A DNA stretch of 64,000 bases from the NCBI GenBank assembly GCA_964016885.1, contig OZ024745.1, positions 84,072,001 to 84,136,000 of the forward strand, read 5' to 3'. Origin of the DNA: Eledone cirrhosa. Taxonomy: Eukaryota. Each line of letters begins with the position of its first letter. Within the stretch, counting starts at the first letter, position 1. Made by a program: the position numbers and the translations under genes. Positions 45,214 to 59,159 of this stretch are shown one piece after another. Under the pieces are notes generated by a model that made no database searches, was not told where the DNA came from, and saw nothing but the letters and a program-made list of their open reading frames with translations.

Positions 45214-45529
45214 GTAATAATAATAATAATATTTGGTTGACGTACATCTCCGAACTTTTTGTGTATTTACCTGTAGGTATGTGTGTGTGCTTGTTATATA
45301 CGTATTTTATTTATATAAGTTTATTTAATTACTTATTTATTTGTATACACGCACACACACACATATTTATATGTGCGTGGTTTTGTATACCTATGGCGAG
45401 TGTTTTAGCGTATGCGTGTGTATGTACGTATTTGGATGCGTGTATGTATTTATTTAATTTCAATTACCTCTGTATTGTATTTGATTTACTTTATTCTTAA
45501 CTCTGAAGCGGAGAATCATTCGGTTTCCT

Positions 45530-47135
45530 TCTTTAGAATAATAAATAAGCAATTTCCAGATTCAGATAGATACAGCAAATCTATTAGACTATCTTACTCC
45601 ACGGCACCAAATATAGAGGCACACATTAAGATGCTTAACGCTAAAAAGATACATAACAGCACCAGAACACAAATTTACAACAATAACAATGCAATCACCA
45701 TTGAACACAACAGCATATTTAATACACAACTCCCCACTAACAGGCAAACAAAACGTAACACACTTGTACAGGCATCGCAGCCCACCAATAATGCCAAAGT
45801 TGCCCATGACAAGAATTGTAACTGCCACCTACCTGAAACCTGTCCATTACATAATGAATGTATGCATTCTAACCTGGTTTACCAATGCACAGTGGAATCA
45901 GACAACCAGAAATGGTATTACATCGGAGCGACTGGGAATACATTTAAAGCCCGTTGGTATACACACCGTTACGCAATGAAACATTCCCAGCATCGTTATG
46001 TAACTACCTTTGCAAACAAGACCTGGCAACTGAGGGAAAGTAACCATCAATACACCCTGAAGTGGAAAAAATATCGAACGCATCCCCATATCGGAGTGGT
46101 ATGAGAAGCTGTCGATTATGCGACCTTGAACTGTTCCACATCTTGAGTTCGAAGAATAAGTTACTCAACAATAAAATCGAAAGATCAATTTATTGTAACC
46201 ATAGAATTCAAAGAGAAGTTTTCGCACTACAAATGCAAATCGAACCCTTAACCTCTTACTACCAACTGACAAACTGCATATAGTTAGACTATATACCCTC
46301 TTGTCGTATCTAAACCCTTTTAATCACCCACAAAAACCAATACCTATATCCCCCCTTCTCCTTCATTCCTCTTCTATTTCTTCGTTTTCTTCCTTCCTTC
46401 CCTCCCCTTTTTGGCTATATTTTCTTTTCTTCTTTCTCCCCCCCCCCCATTGCTTTTATTTTTGTCATTATTATCTTTATCTTTATTTTTTATATATATA
46501 TTTATCTCTTTATATCTCCCCCTTCTCTCTCTCCCTCTCTATCCATCCCTCCCACTATGATCAATTTAATTTTCTTTAACTCACTACATTCCACGACATG
46601 AAGTCTACTTACCAAAACTGATCATGGATTCCTACCACCTCTACCCCTCCCTCCATCTCAGTTTGTCACTCTACTTCCTAACTCTTCCCCTTTCCTCTCT
46701 CTCTATACTATTCCGTTTGTCCCCTCACCTTCTGATTCCTCTCTCTCTATACTAGTAAATACAATTCCAAATAAATGTTTTTCTCTATATATTAAGAATT
46801 ATTTCAAGAGTAACTTACTATTTTGAAAATTTGGACTGTGAACAACAATTATAATTGAGTGGCTGTTATTTGCAGTATAGCAATATAAGGTTGCACTTAC
46901 CAATGAAACGGTCGTAAATACCTGGATAAAATCCTTCTCTTAATGCTTACCTGTTTTCTCTTTTATACTATATATACAATTATAATTGTTGTTCACAGTC
47001 CAAATTTTCAAAAATAGTGAGTAAGTTACTCTTGAAATAATTCTTAATATATAGAGAAAAACATTTATTTGGAATTGTATTTACTAGTATAGAGAGAGAG
47101 GAATCAGAAGGTGAGGGGACAAACGGAATAGTATA
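45530..47135 (+). mobile_element. Second CxCx5C-type PLE 3' fragment with inverted pLTR copy
   Basis: IRLSYSTAPNI...CNCHLPETCPL...LVYQC...YIGATGNTFKAR...CRLC...CNHR; 46706-46857 is inverted at 46977-47135. Confidence 0.85.
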
Positions 47136-47852
47136 TATATATATATATATATAATGTGGAATGTTGAATGTAAATATTTACTGGAATTTTTCCGTCCATT
47201 TTATCATTTCTTTTGATAAAATATATATGATAGAAAGGGGTAATTTTAACGAAATGTGGACCAATCGATATAAGAACATAATCCCCTGTCTATGAATACG
47301 AGGAATCAAATCCCTGTGCTCATGGAAATTGATCTTCAAAACTAATCAAGTGGAATTTACTTGAAACTTTCCGGGTATAATTGGTTCAGCGATAAAAGGT
47401 ATATAGAACCATTAAACGATACATAAAAATTGTAATTAGATTTCAGAAGAATCTTTGGATATTGTTCAGGTTTGGAATTACTCTGTAAATAACCTTATGA
47501 AACTAATGGCATCAACATCCCGCATCGAAAATTCCGTATCAAAAATCATATAAATGTTTGTAGCTGTTGAGTGAACTGTTGAGACATTTACTATTTCCTC
47601 ACAACACTCATTGTTAGTTCTAAGATGATATAATATGCATTTCTCTGGCGTCCTTTCACTTGATAGCATAAGGATACTTATTTGACTGTTCTCTTATCTG
47701 ATTGTAAATTTACATTAAATAAGAAAAACTGATTGAAAATCTTATTGTCTTGTGTTAAAATTCATTTTTGAATTTGAAAATTACACGTAGAATATGCGAA
47801 ATATGTATGTGTGTATGCGTTCGTTCGTGTGTTTATAAGGATGTATATATAC

Positions 47853-47946
<94 letters not shown>

Positions 47947-48456
47947 TGGTCGATATCTAACAAGCCACAAATTCGTAATATCTATTATGAAATTAGAACT
48001 TAAGCACAACCCCGCACGGCGGATGATAGTTTCTTGTCGTGTGACGTCACATGTAGTAGCTTGCCTCGTTCACTAGAATACAGCAGTCGTTGCCCGTGAC
48101 AATAGATAGCGATTTGGCTACTTTCGCCCTCTGTTACCACCCGAAGAGCGCCTGTTGATAAATCGATATAGTTAATGGTCTGGGCATTTGCACTGTGCAA
48201 TCACCGAGAAAAACAAGTTGCAAATCCACTTATTTTATCAGTCTTTATCGTAGAAAACATGGTCCAGGAAATTTTGCAATTGCCTTCATCGCAAATAACC
48301 CTTCGTAAGTACAGATTTGCAAGTTTGATACGTTCAAATCTTGTCTCATTGAGTGAGCAATGGGTGTAATGAGTCTATAGTAAATATTTTTCCTGATGAC
48401 CTTGTTTTAACTATAAATAAAATATGTTTGTATATATATATATATATATATATATA

Positions 48457-48705
48457 GTTATAAACAACATAAGACAATTATTTCATTTACCAAAGGTTGC
48501 ACAAGACAGACGAGCTCGACACAGTCGTCTGAAATCGTTCGTCAGAATGAAATTTTATCAGGCGTCTGTGTCGAGCTCAACGGTCTTCGTGAAACCTTTG
48601 GTAAATGGAATAATTGTGTTATGTTTTTTATTACATAACTAAATAGCTCTGTAGACTACATAGAGCACTCTCCTTTCCTTTATCTTTCCTACGGAAATAC
48701 TTTAT
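48457..48705. mobile_element. 250-bp fold-back insertion in (TA)n
   Basis: 48460-48545 pairs with 48550-48630 (e.g. GAGCTCGACACAG / CTGTGTCGAGCTC). Confidence 0.75.
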
Positions 48706-49901
48706 ATATATATATATGTGTACATATATATGTATATGTATTTATATATATATGTAAGTATATATATTATATGTATATGTATATATATATATGTGTGTAT
48801 GTGCGAGAGTATGTGTGTAAAAATGCCCTACAGCTCACAGTAACTCACAACCTAATGCAATATCCCGATTCTCTTAACACTTATCGCTTTATAAACACAG
48901 AAGAATATTTGACATACTTCTGTCACCAGGAGCTAACCAGATATATATATAACCTCCTGACAACCTCGCTGCATTAGCTTGAAACCAAAAATCAGCCACT
49001 TCTCTCGGATATTCAAATCTTGGAAACAAAGAAATTTCAAATAAATCCCTTTTACAAATGACGACGTACCAAAATAGACATTTGTCTTTCTTTAGAGAGC
49101 ATGTGATTTTTATATACAAAAGAATAGCTGAAACCCAAAACGGAAAGATGGAAATTGTCTACAAGAAATCTTCTCCAATATTTGAATATAATAAATATGA
49201 ATAAAATATATATATTATTCCACTGGTTAATTCAGTTAATGTTTTTTCTTTTCTTTATTCAGTCTATTTTATGAATACTGACCTTTTATTAACCTATGCT
49301 ATCGCCTTCGTTCAATAGCTTTTAAGCAAACGTTTCTGATTAAAAGCAGAAAACTTTCTCGTTTTAGTGCTTGGCTTTCAGTTTTGTTTTCGTGTTTCTT
49401 TTGATTTTAGCTCTGATGGTTTATGTTTTCAAAATCTGTGGCATATTATGTTAGTTTCTTTTAAAATATCAATAACCATGGCAGTACTAACGTGTTGCGT
49501 TTATATGACGATAAACTGTATCACTGACTTTATTGCAATGGAGCCACATTTTATTTGAGATCACACGACACTCGAGTAAACACGATGCATAGTAACCAAA
49601 GTAAAGTTTTCATAACTTGAAAATGTTTTAGTTATAAAGAAAGAAAAACCTTAGAGTAATATTTTATATCTAGAGACAAATTACACAGAGACCAAGTTTC
49701 ACAGAGACCGAGGGGTGAAACTAATGAAAAATTCTCACACTCACACACACATATATATATATAAATGTATATATATATATTTATATGTATGTATATATAT
49801 ATATATATGTATGTATATATATATATGTATTTATATATATATATATGTATGTATGTATATAAATATGTATGTATATAAATATGTATATATATATATATGT
49901 G

Positions 49902-49982
<81 letters not shown>

Positions 49983-50124
49983 TTATATATATGTATGTAT
50001 GTATATATATATATATTTAATATAGAAAAGCTTCGTGAGAAAACATCAGAAAGCTGACTGTCCAAGTAAATATGGTGGTATTTATATCTTTTTCTGGTGG
50101 TAGGAGAGGGTGGGGATTGGGATG

Positions 50125-50560
50125 GGTGGAGGTCATTGGTTGATGGTTTTAAAGAAAATGGAATTCATTAAGAGATAATTCGTTAAAGCTATAATTGGTC
50201 GACATTTTACACAAAGTCGCAGGTTTTACTATTCATATAGTAAATTGCGTTGCGACTATTACATTTATATTTAGAGTAACAAAGACAGAAAGAGTTCTAT
50301 AAGCAAGTTGGGATTGGTGTGTGACTCCTTATTTTTAAGTTTCTCTTAAGCTAACAATGCCTATATTTCAGGTGTCTACAAGAATGGTGAAGGTCATTGG
50401 TTGATGGGTTTAAAGAAAGGGGAATTCTTTAAAAACTAATTCTCTAAAGCTGTATTTAGAGTGACATAGGCAGAAAGAATTCTATAAAAAAGTTCAAATT
50501 AGGGTGCTTCTCCTTATTGTTAAGTTACCCTTAAGCTATATTTCAGGTGTCTACAAGCAC
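50125..50560. repeat. Diverged tandem duplication (~260-bp offset)
   Basis: GGTCATTGGTTGATGG at 50131 and 50392; CTATATTTCAGGTGTCTACAAG occurs twice. Confidence 0.7.
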
Positions 50561-50669
50561 ATTCACACACCCACACACACATATATATATATATAAACTT
50601 TTACTCCCACACACTCGCAAAAAAACACACTCTTATACCCATATATGTATATAAACACACATACACACA

Positions 50670-50727
<58 letters not shown>

Positions 50728-50816
50728 TACATATACACAATATATATATATATATTGTGTATATGTGTGTGTATATATATATATATACATACATATACAT
50801 AATATATATATATATA

Positions 50817-51190
50817 TATTGTTATACTTGGGGAGGGTCACATTTGTGTAATATTGGCAGAATTAATAACAGAACACACTCACTGTTTGGTTGGTTTTCG
50901 CTTCTCGCTGTCTTTTGTATCGGTAATCTAACTTACTCGGTCCTCAATGTTGCCATTGACTGACCGACGGTCAAAAATAATACAGATACAATATAGACAC
51001 AAACACATATATATAGTTTATCATAAATCTTTCGTTGCACATCTGCAACATCGTCAGTGGTGTTATATTTTCCTCCTGTTGTGTTGTATGTCTACGCCAT
51101 TTTTATTCCATCTGTCTATATATTTATTTATTTAATTCCTTGTTTGTTTATTTTATTTCGTCTTCTTTGCGCATGCGTTTGCGTGTGTGT
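50817..51190 (-). mobile_element. Family C pLTR, third copy, hammerhead at 51019-51062
   Basis: Collinear with 41713-42005; ACCA-CTGACGA-tGTTGCAgatgTGCAAC-GAAA-GATT-TA-TGAT. Confidence 0.85.
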
Positions 51191-51315
51191 ATAGTTGTAT
51201 AGTGTTATGTTTGCTTATGTTATTTTATTTACTTACTTTTTTTTTTTTTATTTTTTTTTTTTACTACTTCTATATATATATTTTTTACTACTTCTCTCTC
51301 TCTCTATATATATAT

Positions 51316-52805
51316 AGAAGTAGTAACACAATAGTTAGTTCACCATACCGAGAACAATTGTTTCACCTTATGCAGATCTTCAGCTCGGGCTGGTACTGGT
51401 TATACGGAACAGGAAGAACAACCGTATGAACGCGCATGCGCAGAAACGTTCACGTCACCCAACCGATACAGAACCACGGGCGAAAGGTGTAAGGGAGATA
51501 ACTTTTATGGCTCGATAAGGTCAGACCATCGTCGTAGTATATTCCCGTGTGGAAGTCCGGGAAACTAACACGTAATATATCTAAAATAAATAAGCCAACC
51601 GAGTCGCATACGTCAGTACTGTCAAACTATCCCATGGAGACGTCGAATAGTTCTGAAGTGGTTGACTTCTTTGCCCAGGCTACTCCGTTGTTGAAGAGGA
51701 GGGTTTTCCGGCAGTATGCGATGATCTCCCTGTCTAAAACATGGACTGTAGTGTAAGTGGTAGCAAAGTTCAACGCTTTGTTTAACAGGGTCTCTGAGAT
51801 CGACGGGTAAAAATCTACAATGTCTAATTGCGTGAACTTCGCTTTTTGGGAGTTGAAGGAGTTAAACCACTTAATGACGGGGTCGCTGTTCTCCCACTGG
51901 GACAGGTTGGCTTGGTCCTAATGTTCTTAACTATGTTTCTAAGTATAGTCTTACTGACTAGTCCCATTTCCGTGCATGCCGGGTTTAGTAGTCTACACGT
52001 GGGGTTAGAAGCAAAGTCTACCTTGTGATCCTTCAGGGTGAGAAATGCCTCACGTTTAGCTAAGCATTGTAGTTTCTTATCTACCTTAAGGGCAGCAGCA
52101 ACGTATTTGGCTTCTGTATTGATGTCGTGGTAGGCCATAGGGTTAGCCTTCTTATATTTAGAGGTTATGGCGTTTCGTGCTAAGTGGCTGTAAGTAGTGT
52201 TGTCGACTTCGTAAATATTATTGGTTTTGTCAGAAAGAACGAAAGTGTTATTTGGAAGACCTAAATTCTAAGTTTCTAAGTTTAGTTTGGAAAGTGTTAA
52301 AGTATTTGCGAAAGGAAATGTTAGCGACTAAGTCAAGGAGGTCCGCTTCGAAAGGAGCGAGTTCAGTTACCTTAGGAGGGGAAGGCTCTCGATTTCAGGT
52401 TGAAGGTGTTACTGGTACCTGTAATTTTGCCGTCAAAAGTTAGGGCTCGCCATCTTAAGCGTCTGACGACATCTTCCGCTTTTTGTAGGACAAGCTTTAG
52501 GTAAACATAGTTGGAGGGGTGGGAATATTCTTCAGAGAATAATCCAGTTCGTATAAATCCATTCTGACGTTGGTGAGACACAAAGTTTGTAGGACACGAG
52601 GATATAGAGAGCGCTCACAGGGTAGAAAGAATCTCACGTGGTGAAGAATCTGCTAAAAGCCAAATTTCCACGTGGTGAAAAGAATATCCTGACCGGTGCT
52701 GGAGACGTATATGGAGGTAGAACTAACTGTTGTGTTACTACTTCTACCAAACTCGTCCCATGGACTGAGTGCTCTACTACTACGGATATTACCTTCCAGT
52801 GTTCT
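51316..52805 (-). mobile_element. Internally deleted PLE (family A): N-terminus to RT core, with inverted termini
   Basis: DYSLKNIP...RRLRWRA, LTLKDHK...CRLLNP, IVDFYPSI, FDVSMG, YYDDGL; left end AGAAGTAGTAACACA is inverted at 52721-52745. Confidence 0.88.
51348..51388 (-). ncRNA. Minimal type-I hammerhead motif
   Basis: CCGAG-CTGAAGA-tctgcataaggt-GAAA-CAATTG-TT-CTCGG. Confidence 0.8.
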
Positions 52806-52812
52806 CTCTCTC

Positions 52813-52897
<85 letters not shown>

Positions 52898-52999
52898 AAT
52901 TATCGCTCTACATGGCTGAATACTATAAATGTAATCTGCAGTTCTGTTTACATGCCAACACAAGAGCAAGAATGAGTGGCTCATTTTACCCTTCATTAT

Positions 53000-53150
53000 A
53001 TCATTTGACGCATGGAGTTACGGCCCTTGCCATTCTGAGTTCAAATCCCGCCAAGGTTAACTTTGCCTTTCATCCTTACGTGGTCGATAAAATAAAGTAC
53101 CAGTTACGCACTGGGTATGTGCTGGCCTTGTGCCAAAAGTAGAAACAATT
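53000..53150 (+). mobile_element. SINE (same family as 32157)
   Basis: CTGAGTTCAAATCCCGCC...TTTGCCTTTCATCC...GCTGGCCTTGTGCCAAAAGTAGAAAC. Confidence 0.8.
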
Positions 53151-53297
53151 ATTAATATTCGAAAAACTCAGATTACATCTATATTTATATATATTCATAT
53201 ATATATATTTACTTATATATATATATATATTTATTTATACATATATATATACATACATACACATACATATATATATATATATACATATGTATATGCC

Positions 53298-53540
53298 TTA
53301 GGGGTTATGAATTCGATTCCCGGGCAGAGTGATTGCGTTGAGCAAAAAACTTTATTTCACGTTGCTCCAGTTTACTCAGCTATAGAAATGAGTTATGATG
53401 TAACCGTTGTCAAGTTGTATCAGCCATGGCCTTTCCCATGGACAACATCAGTGGCGTCGAGAGGGGAGACCGATATGCATGGACGACTGCTAGTCTTCCA
53501 CAAAAAACCTTGTTCTATTGCTAGTTTGTGGTCTAAATGA
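53298..53540 (+). mobile_element. tRNA-derived SINE, 5'-truncated
   Basis: B-box-like TTCGATTCC followed by TTGAGCAAAAAACTTTATTTCACGTTGCTCC. Confidence 0.7.
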
Positions 53541-54907
53541 GTTCTGGTCAAGATGATGTATTAACGCCATTACATCTCTCTTTTTCAAATATTGTATATC
53601 TAGAATCATATTATCCAATCTGTTTGTTTTGTTTGTTTGTTCATTTTTTGTATTTTGTAATACATGCTTGGTGGGGAGTAGAGGGTTCATCTACTTCATA
53701 GTAACTCATGGTTCTACTGGAAGTGGCGACATTGTTACCCCTTAATGTTAATTTTGGTATTTATTGATTGCGTTGATATAAATGTTAGCAATAAGGATGT
53801 GATTAGTGTAGATAATGTAGATATAGATAACTCTGTTAATAAATTTCTCGAGAAATATCTCACAGTTCTGAGAAGATATCACTAATTCTACTCAATAACT
53901 TTATTGTAACACTATTAAAGTCTCCTCAAGTCGATTGAAAATTTGATAAAGTTGTTACATTTGTCGTAAAGGCTACTCAACGCATTAAGTCGTAACAAGC
54001 CTTCTGAGGTGACATTTAAAATGTTCTCATTATTTTCATTATTTTTGTCTCGCTGCAAATACGCATTATGATAATAACAACATGGTTCGGAGCATTGCCG
54101 ATTTAATCATCGCTACTTTCTTCAAACGAGTATGTGAGAAAGAAAAAGAGACTACCATAAACATGTATAAAGAACGATAATAACAATGAGGGACAAATGA
54201 ATCAAATAGTTTGAAAGTGAAAGTAAGTCTTAAAATATTCCTAAATTATAAATTAAACCGATTATCTAACACTGTCTAGCACTGTTTCACAATTCAATTG
54301 TTTTAACAAAACTCTGAAACTGTTTTACAGTAAGAAATGTGGTCATCTTAGTCGTTGTGGTGGTTTTAATATGTATATAAGATCTCCAAGGTTTTAATAG
54401 GTAATATTTTGGACATAAAATTCAGAATAAATCAATAATAGATTGTTTACTTTTATTTTCTTTCACATCACCGAGATATGTCATGTTGAGTGATTTTAAT
54501 AATGTTGCTGCTGATTTTTAACATCAGGTCATCTCTGGTCGAACAGATATCTTTATTCCGTTGTAGATTGAAAGAAGAATTCTTCAGTTCAAAAATCTAA
54601 TCAACATTCAATCTCATTTCAAACTGAAATAATCTAATTACCTTACTATCGTCACATTTTACTTCACTCTAGAACACTACTATCATTAATCGTTGCTTCA
54701 AACAATTGAGATTGTCCTATTGTCCACGTACTCCCATTTATGTAAATTTTTAAATGAAATAACTATTTTGTTATAATTACAATTATTGTTAAATTTAAAT
54801 TGAAATATATAAGTCGATCGACCATCGTCAAATCGGACCGAGGAAACAATGTTTCCGTTGGTCTTTCCAATTGCCAATACTCTCTATCGGTCACAAATCC
54901 AGGTAGA

Positions 54908-55030
54908 AGGAGCAACGTGAAATAAAGCGTCTTGCTCAAGGACATAACGCATCGCCTGGTCCAAGAATCGAACTCTCAACCTCACGATTGCGAATCCAAT
55001 TCTCTAACCACTCAGCCACGCGCCTTCACA
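54908..55030 (-). mobile_element. tRNA-derived SINE head
   Basis: A box TGGCTGAGTGG, B box GTTCGATTC, core TCCTTGAGCAAGACGCTTTATTTCACG. Confidence 0.8.
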
Positions 55031-56355
55031 AAATATAACCTGAAATTGAGGAATAATGTGAGAAGCTGGAGTGCGGTTTATTACGAAATGTGGTCGTAGT
55101 CGTTGCAGATAATGATAGCTTTAATAGCCTTATATAGCCACTACACGTACTATGACAGCTGCAGCTTGATAACGTCTGTCTTCCATATTTGGTGGCTGTT
55201 CGGTCTGTGTACGGTTTGCCGAATTTGGGCAGGTAAGCGGGCCGCATTCGGATTGCTGAATGTGAAGGCTGAGTCGTGAGTTAATTTAGCAAGAGTCATG
55301 AGTGCAGGTTAGCGTTCGGTTCGGGGTGTTTGCTCAGTGTATTGTGAATTGATTGGAGCAAGAACGGTCTTATTTAAGTATGTAAAACTTCCTGCGTTTT
55401 TATTGTTTGTTTTCATCGACCTGTAAAGTCTAGTTCACTTGAAGCTGTTAATGTTCAACTTCTGACTACCAGATTGAAATATCAATAAAAGTAAAGAAAG
55501 AATTAATTATAAGTATTCCGTATTTATAAGAATCGTAGAAATGGAGGTAACAGCATTTCTTTGAATGGATAGTGGGAGCAAGCGAAAGTTAAATGTTTGT
55601 AAATTTGTTGAATCTTTGTTTAGAAACTATGTTAACTGTAGCTTGGCGTGGGAAGGGATACGAATCAGCAATGTAGGTGAAAAGTTTGGTGATACCTATA
55701 TAAAAATAATAATTAGAATTGAGATATTAAGTGTGAGGTTTTCTTGAAAGCTACATTAATAATGAATAATGTAAACGAAGAAGCCGAATGGAAAAAAAAC
55801 AAGTGAAATATAGGAGTAAAGATAGATGGGAAGGTAGATAATAATGAAGAAGAAAAAATGAAATAGAAGAAATAAAATGAACATAAGACGAATAAGTTAA
55901 TAATAATAGCGATTTCTAATGTTTGACAGAAACCTGCACATTTTAAGATAAAACAAGTGGATTGAATTCACCTCATGGCATGATTTGAACTTAGACTGTA
56001 GATGGACGCGGCTAAATATATCTATTAAATACTGCAAATATATCTATTAAATATATCTATTAAATATATCTATTAAATATATCTATTAAATATATCTATT
56101 AAATACTGCAAAGCATTTTAGCCAGCGCTAATCTTTGGATTAGGGTTTTCGCTCTATTTTTAACGATTCTAACGTTCAGTACTCGTTCAAAAATGTTAGA
56201 TGAGGAATTACTCAATTATATCAAACCAAGCGCATGATAGGTACTTATTTTACAGATCCATGTGGATAGGGAGGGAGGAGACTATTAAATTTCAGGATGT
56301 ATAGAAACATTTAAGCTGATTTCTGACTGACAATTTTTTTTCTTTTTATAGGAGA

Positions 56356-57341
56356 CTAGCAGTAAAGCCCGGCGTTGCTCGGGGTCGCTCAGTAGCTGTG
56401 TTAAAGTTACAATGTTAATTTTCTTTCTTGGCTTAAAAACTGTAGTGTCTACTGTGCAGACTTGCATGTGGTGTTTTTGATTAATATTCCCTCAACCAAC
56501 AATATGCCTTATGAAGTTAAGAAAACATAACGATAACCCGAATGTTATAACAAAAGAGGATGCTGGGGATAGAAACTGCACTGGTTATTTATTAACAAAG
56601 ATCGAAAATGTAAACACTGCAACGCAGAGAAAAACATTAGCGTAACCAAATTATCAGTTATGTCTGTCTGCACGCCTATATCACCTCTCTGCACGACTGT
56701 CTGTCTGCACGCCTATATCACTTCTCTGCACGACTGTCTGTCTGCACGCCTATATCACCTCTCTGCACGACTGTCTGTCTGCACGCCTATATCACCTCTC
56801 TGCACGACTGTCTGTCTGCACGCCTAACGAAATTTACAGATACATATATTTTAAATAAACTTATATAATTTTTGCTTTTTTTTACGAAATATTTGCTTGT
56901 TTTACGTAGTCTTTAAATAGACTTGTTTTCAAGTAAAAATATTGTTTTAAAAGGCTTTTAAATGGAAATGAAGCAAAACGGAAGCTTAGTGTTCGAACTG
57001 ATGAATTTTGCAGGTCAATATTTTGCTGGCTCGACAACTGTTCGTGTATTGTGTTAATGTCATTTTAAATGCTGAGAAAGCCAGCGTAATTTTTTACGTA
57101 AGACGCTCAATGTAAACAGAACAAAGGGAAATAACTGATCACTTACGCTCAAAAATCGATACATTATATTCGATTTCGTCAGATAGGGCGGGTCAATTTG
57201 AAATATTTTTTTTCCGATGTCTTCGCTAGGGCTCAATGTACAAGTATAGCAATTTCGGTGCAATTCCGTGAGAGAGTCTAAGAGGAGATGTGTTCCAAAA
57301 ATCGATAGACAGACAGACAACCTCAGTTTTATATATATAGA
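56356..57341 (-). mobile_element. Non-autonomous Helitron with internal 37-bp tandem array
   Basis: - strand begins A|TCTATATATATAAA then (TGTC)n, and ends with hairpin CCCGAGCAACGCCGGG...CTAG|T; no TSD; about 4.4 x 37 bp at 56661-56826. Confidence 0.85.
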
Positions 57342-57879
57342 TTAAAGTACGATCTCAGTTTCTAACGAGTACATTTTGTTTTATCGACATAAGGAGGAAG
57401 AAAGTCAAATTAACTTCATCTGTATTTAAACTCTCAACTTAAATGGCAGTAACAAAGTAACGTAAGGTGACTGGTCCACAGCTCTAAGAACTCAGCCTAT
57501 TAGCAGTATTCTCAAGAATTCTTTCTTTATTGACCGCTAAGGCTAAAAAGCAAGGGACCTTACAAATGGACAAGGACAGTATGGATTTACATACAATTAA
57601 TAGTGTAAAACAAGAAAATAAATAATAACATAACAATGAATTAAAACAAGAGAATTCCTTAATAGTGGGAAGTATCACCCAGGGATAGTTTAGGAACATC
57701 ACAGATCTGAAACCACCCTAATCGTCAAGAGCACCTTAGGAAGGTGCGCCCCTCCTCTCTGAACGCTCCATCCTACAGGCGCATGCTCAGAGTAGGCCCA
57801 TTCACTCGGACTAACCTCGCTACATTTGCCCACCTTTTAACAAATGTACTCGAGGGTAGTGTTCCACCCCCACCTTCCT

Positions 57880-58300
57880 TTTCAGGCGAGCAATTTTGTT
57901 TTTTAAGGGGGGAAGTCGATTAAATCGACCGCAGTGCATAACTAATGCTTTATTTTATCGACCCGTAAGGTTGAAAGGTAAACTATCGGCAGGATTTGAA
58001 TTCAGAACGTAAAAAGCCGTAACTCTATGCCGCGAATCATAGTGTCCGACGCTATACAGATTCTGCTAATCCACCACTCTTTTTATTATTGAGTATTCTC
58101 AAAAATTGTTTCTACTTTAGGCACAAGGCCAACAATTGATGGTGGGGGTGGGAGTCGATTAAATCGACATCAGTGCGTTACTGGTACTTTATTTTATCGA
58201 CCCCCATAAGGATGAAAGGCAAAGCTAACCTCTGCGAGATTTGAACACAGAACGTAAAGGGCCGTAAGTCTCGAAAGCATGTTGTTCGACGGTCTACCAC
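57880..58300 (-). mobile_element. Two diverged tandem SINE copies
   Basis: GTCGATTAAATCGAC...TTATTTTATCGACCC...GAAAGG...ATTTGAA occurs twice. Confidence 0.75.
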
Positions 58301-58648
58301 GCTGGTGGTGGTGTTGGTGGTGTTAGTAGTGGTGGCGTTGGTGCTGTGATGGTGGTGGTGGTGGTGTTGGTGCTGGCGGTTGGGGTGGTGGTGGTGGTGA
58401 TCGCGTTAGTTGTAGTGGGGGTGGTGGTGATAGTAGTAGTAGTAGTATTTCCCCCTGGTCTTATTATTAAGCATTCTCCAAAAAATATTCAGAACAATCA
58501 AAGTAGCTAGCAGCTAAATTTTCCAATTTTCAAGGTTTTAAATCAAATACCGCAATGGAATATTTGTTTAGTTTCAATCAATAACATACAGAGTTTTCAC
58601 ACCTGAGCATCATACAATATCAAACAATTGGTGGTGGTGGTGGTGGTG

Positions 58649-58688
<40 letters not shown>

Positions 58689-58810
58689 TGGTGGTGGTGG
58701 TGGTGGAGATGTTAACAGTAAAGGGTGGTGGTAGTGATGGTTGTGGTTGTGGTAGTAGTAGATAATATGATGGCGGTGGTGGTGGCTGTGGTGGTGGTGG
58801 TGGTGATTTA
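58300..58810. repeat. (GGT)n/(AGT)n tracts
   Basis: Direct inspection. Confidence 0.9.
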
Positions 58811-59159
58811 CATATGTTTATCATATAATTCCATCATTACTGTCTACCGTGATAAACCATGTATTTTGTTGTATTTTTAATGAGTAGCGATTTTAAATTT
58901 ATTCCACACACTAGACGTGCCAGAAATTATATAAATCTTAATAATTGTGTCTACACTAAATCGCATAATTCTTGATTTGGATACATTATATTCTGTTATA
59001 AAGTACCAGTAATGCACTGGGTAATTGCTGGCCTTGTGCCTAAAGTAGAAACAATTATATTCTGTTACCTGTGACTATTTTATTCATTTATTATAACCTT
59101 CCAAAATACGGTAGAATCGATGCAATATTTTACTACGATATATTCTTCAACGCAAAATC

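Noticed and set aside
46825-46920. Hammerhead in the pLTR of the 45.5-kb PLE
   Set aside because: GAAACGGTC is present but upstream there is only CTGTGAA and no convincing stem I
53915-54070. Possible - strand terminal exon (TTTGCAG|CGAGAC...RRL*), and similar open stretches at 47480-47670 and 59560-60020
   Set aside because: No recognisable homology or linked exons; cannot be supported without RNA or homology data
54908-55030. tRNA gene
   Set aside because: A/B boxes run into a SINE core found elsewhere in the window; no complete cloverleaf
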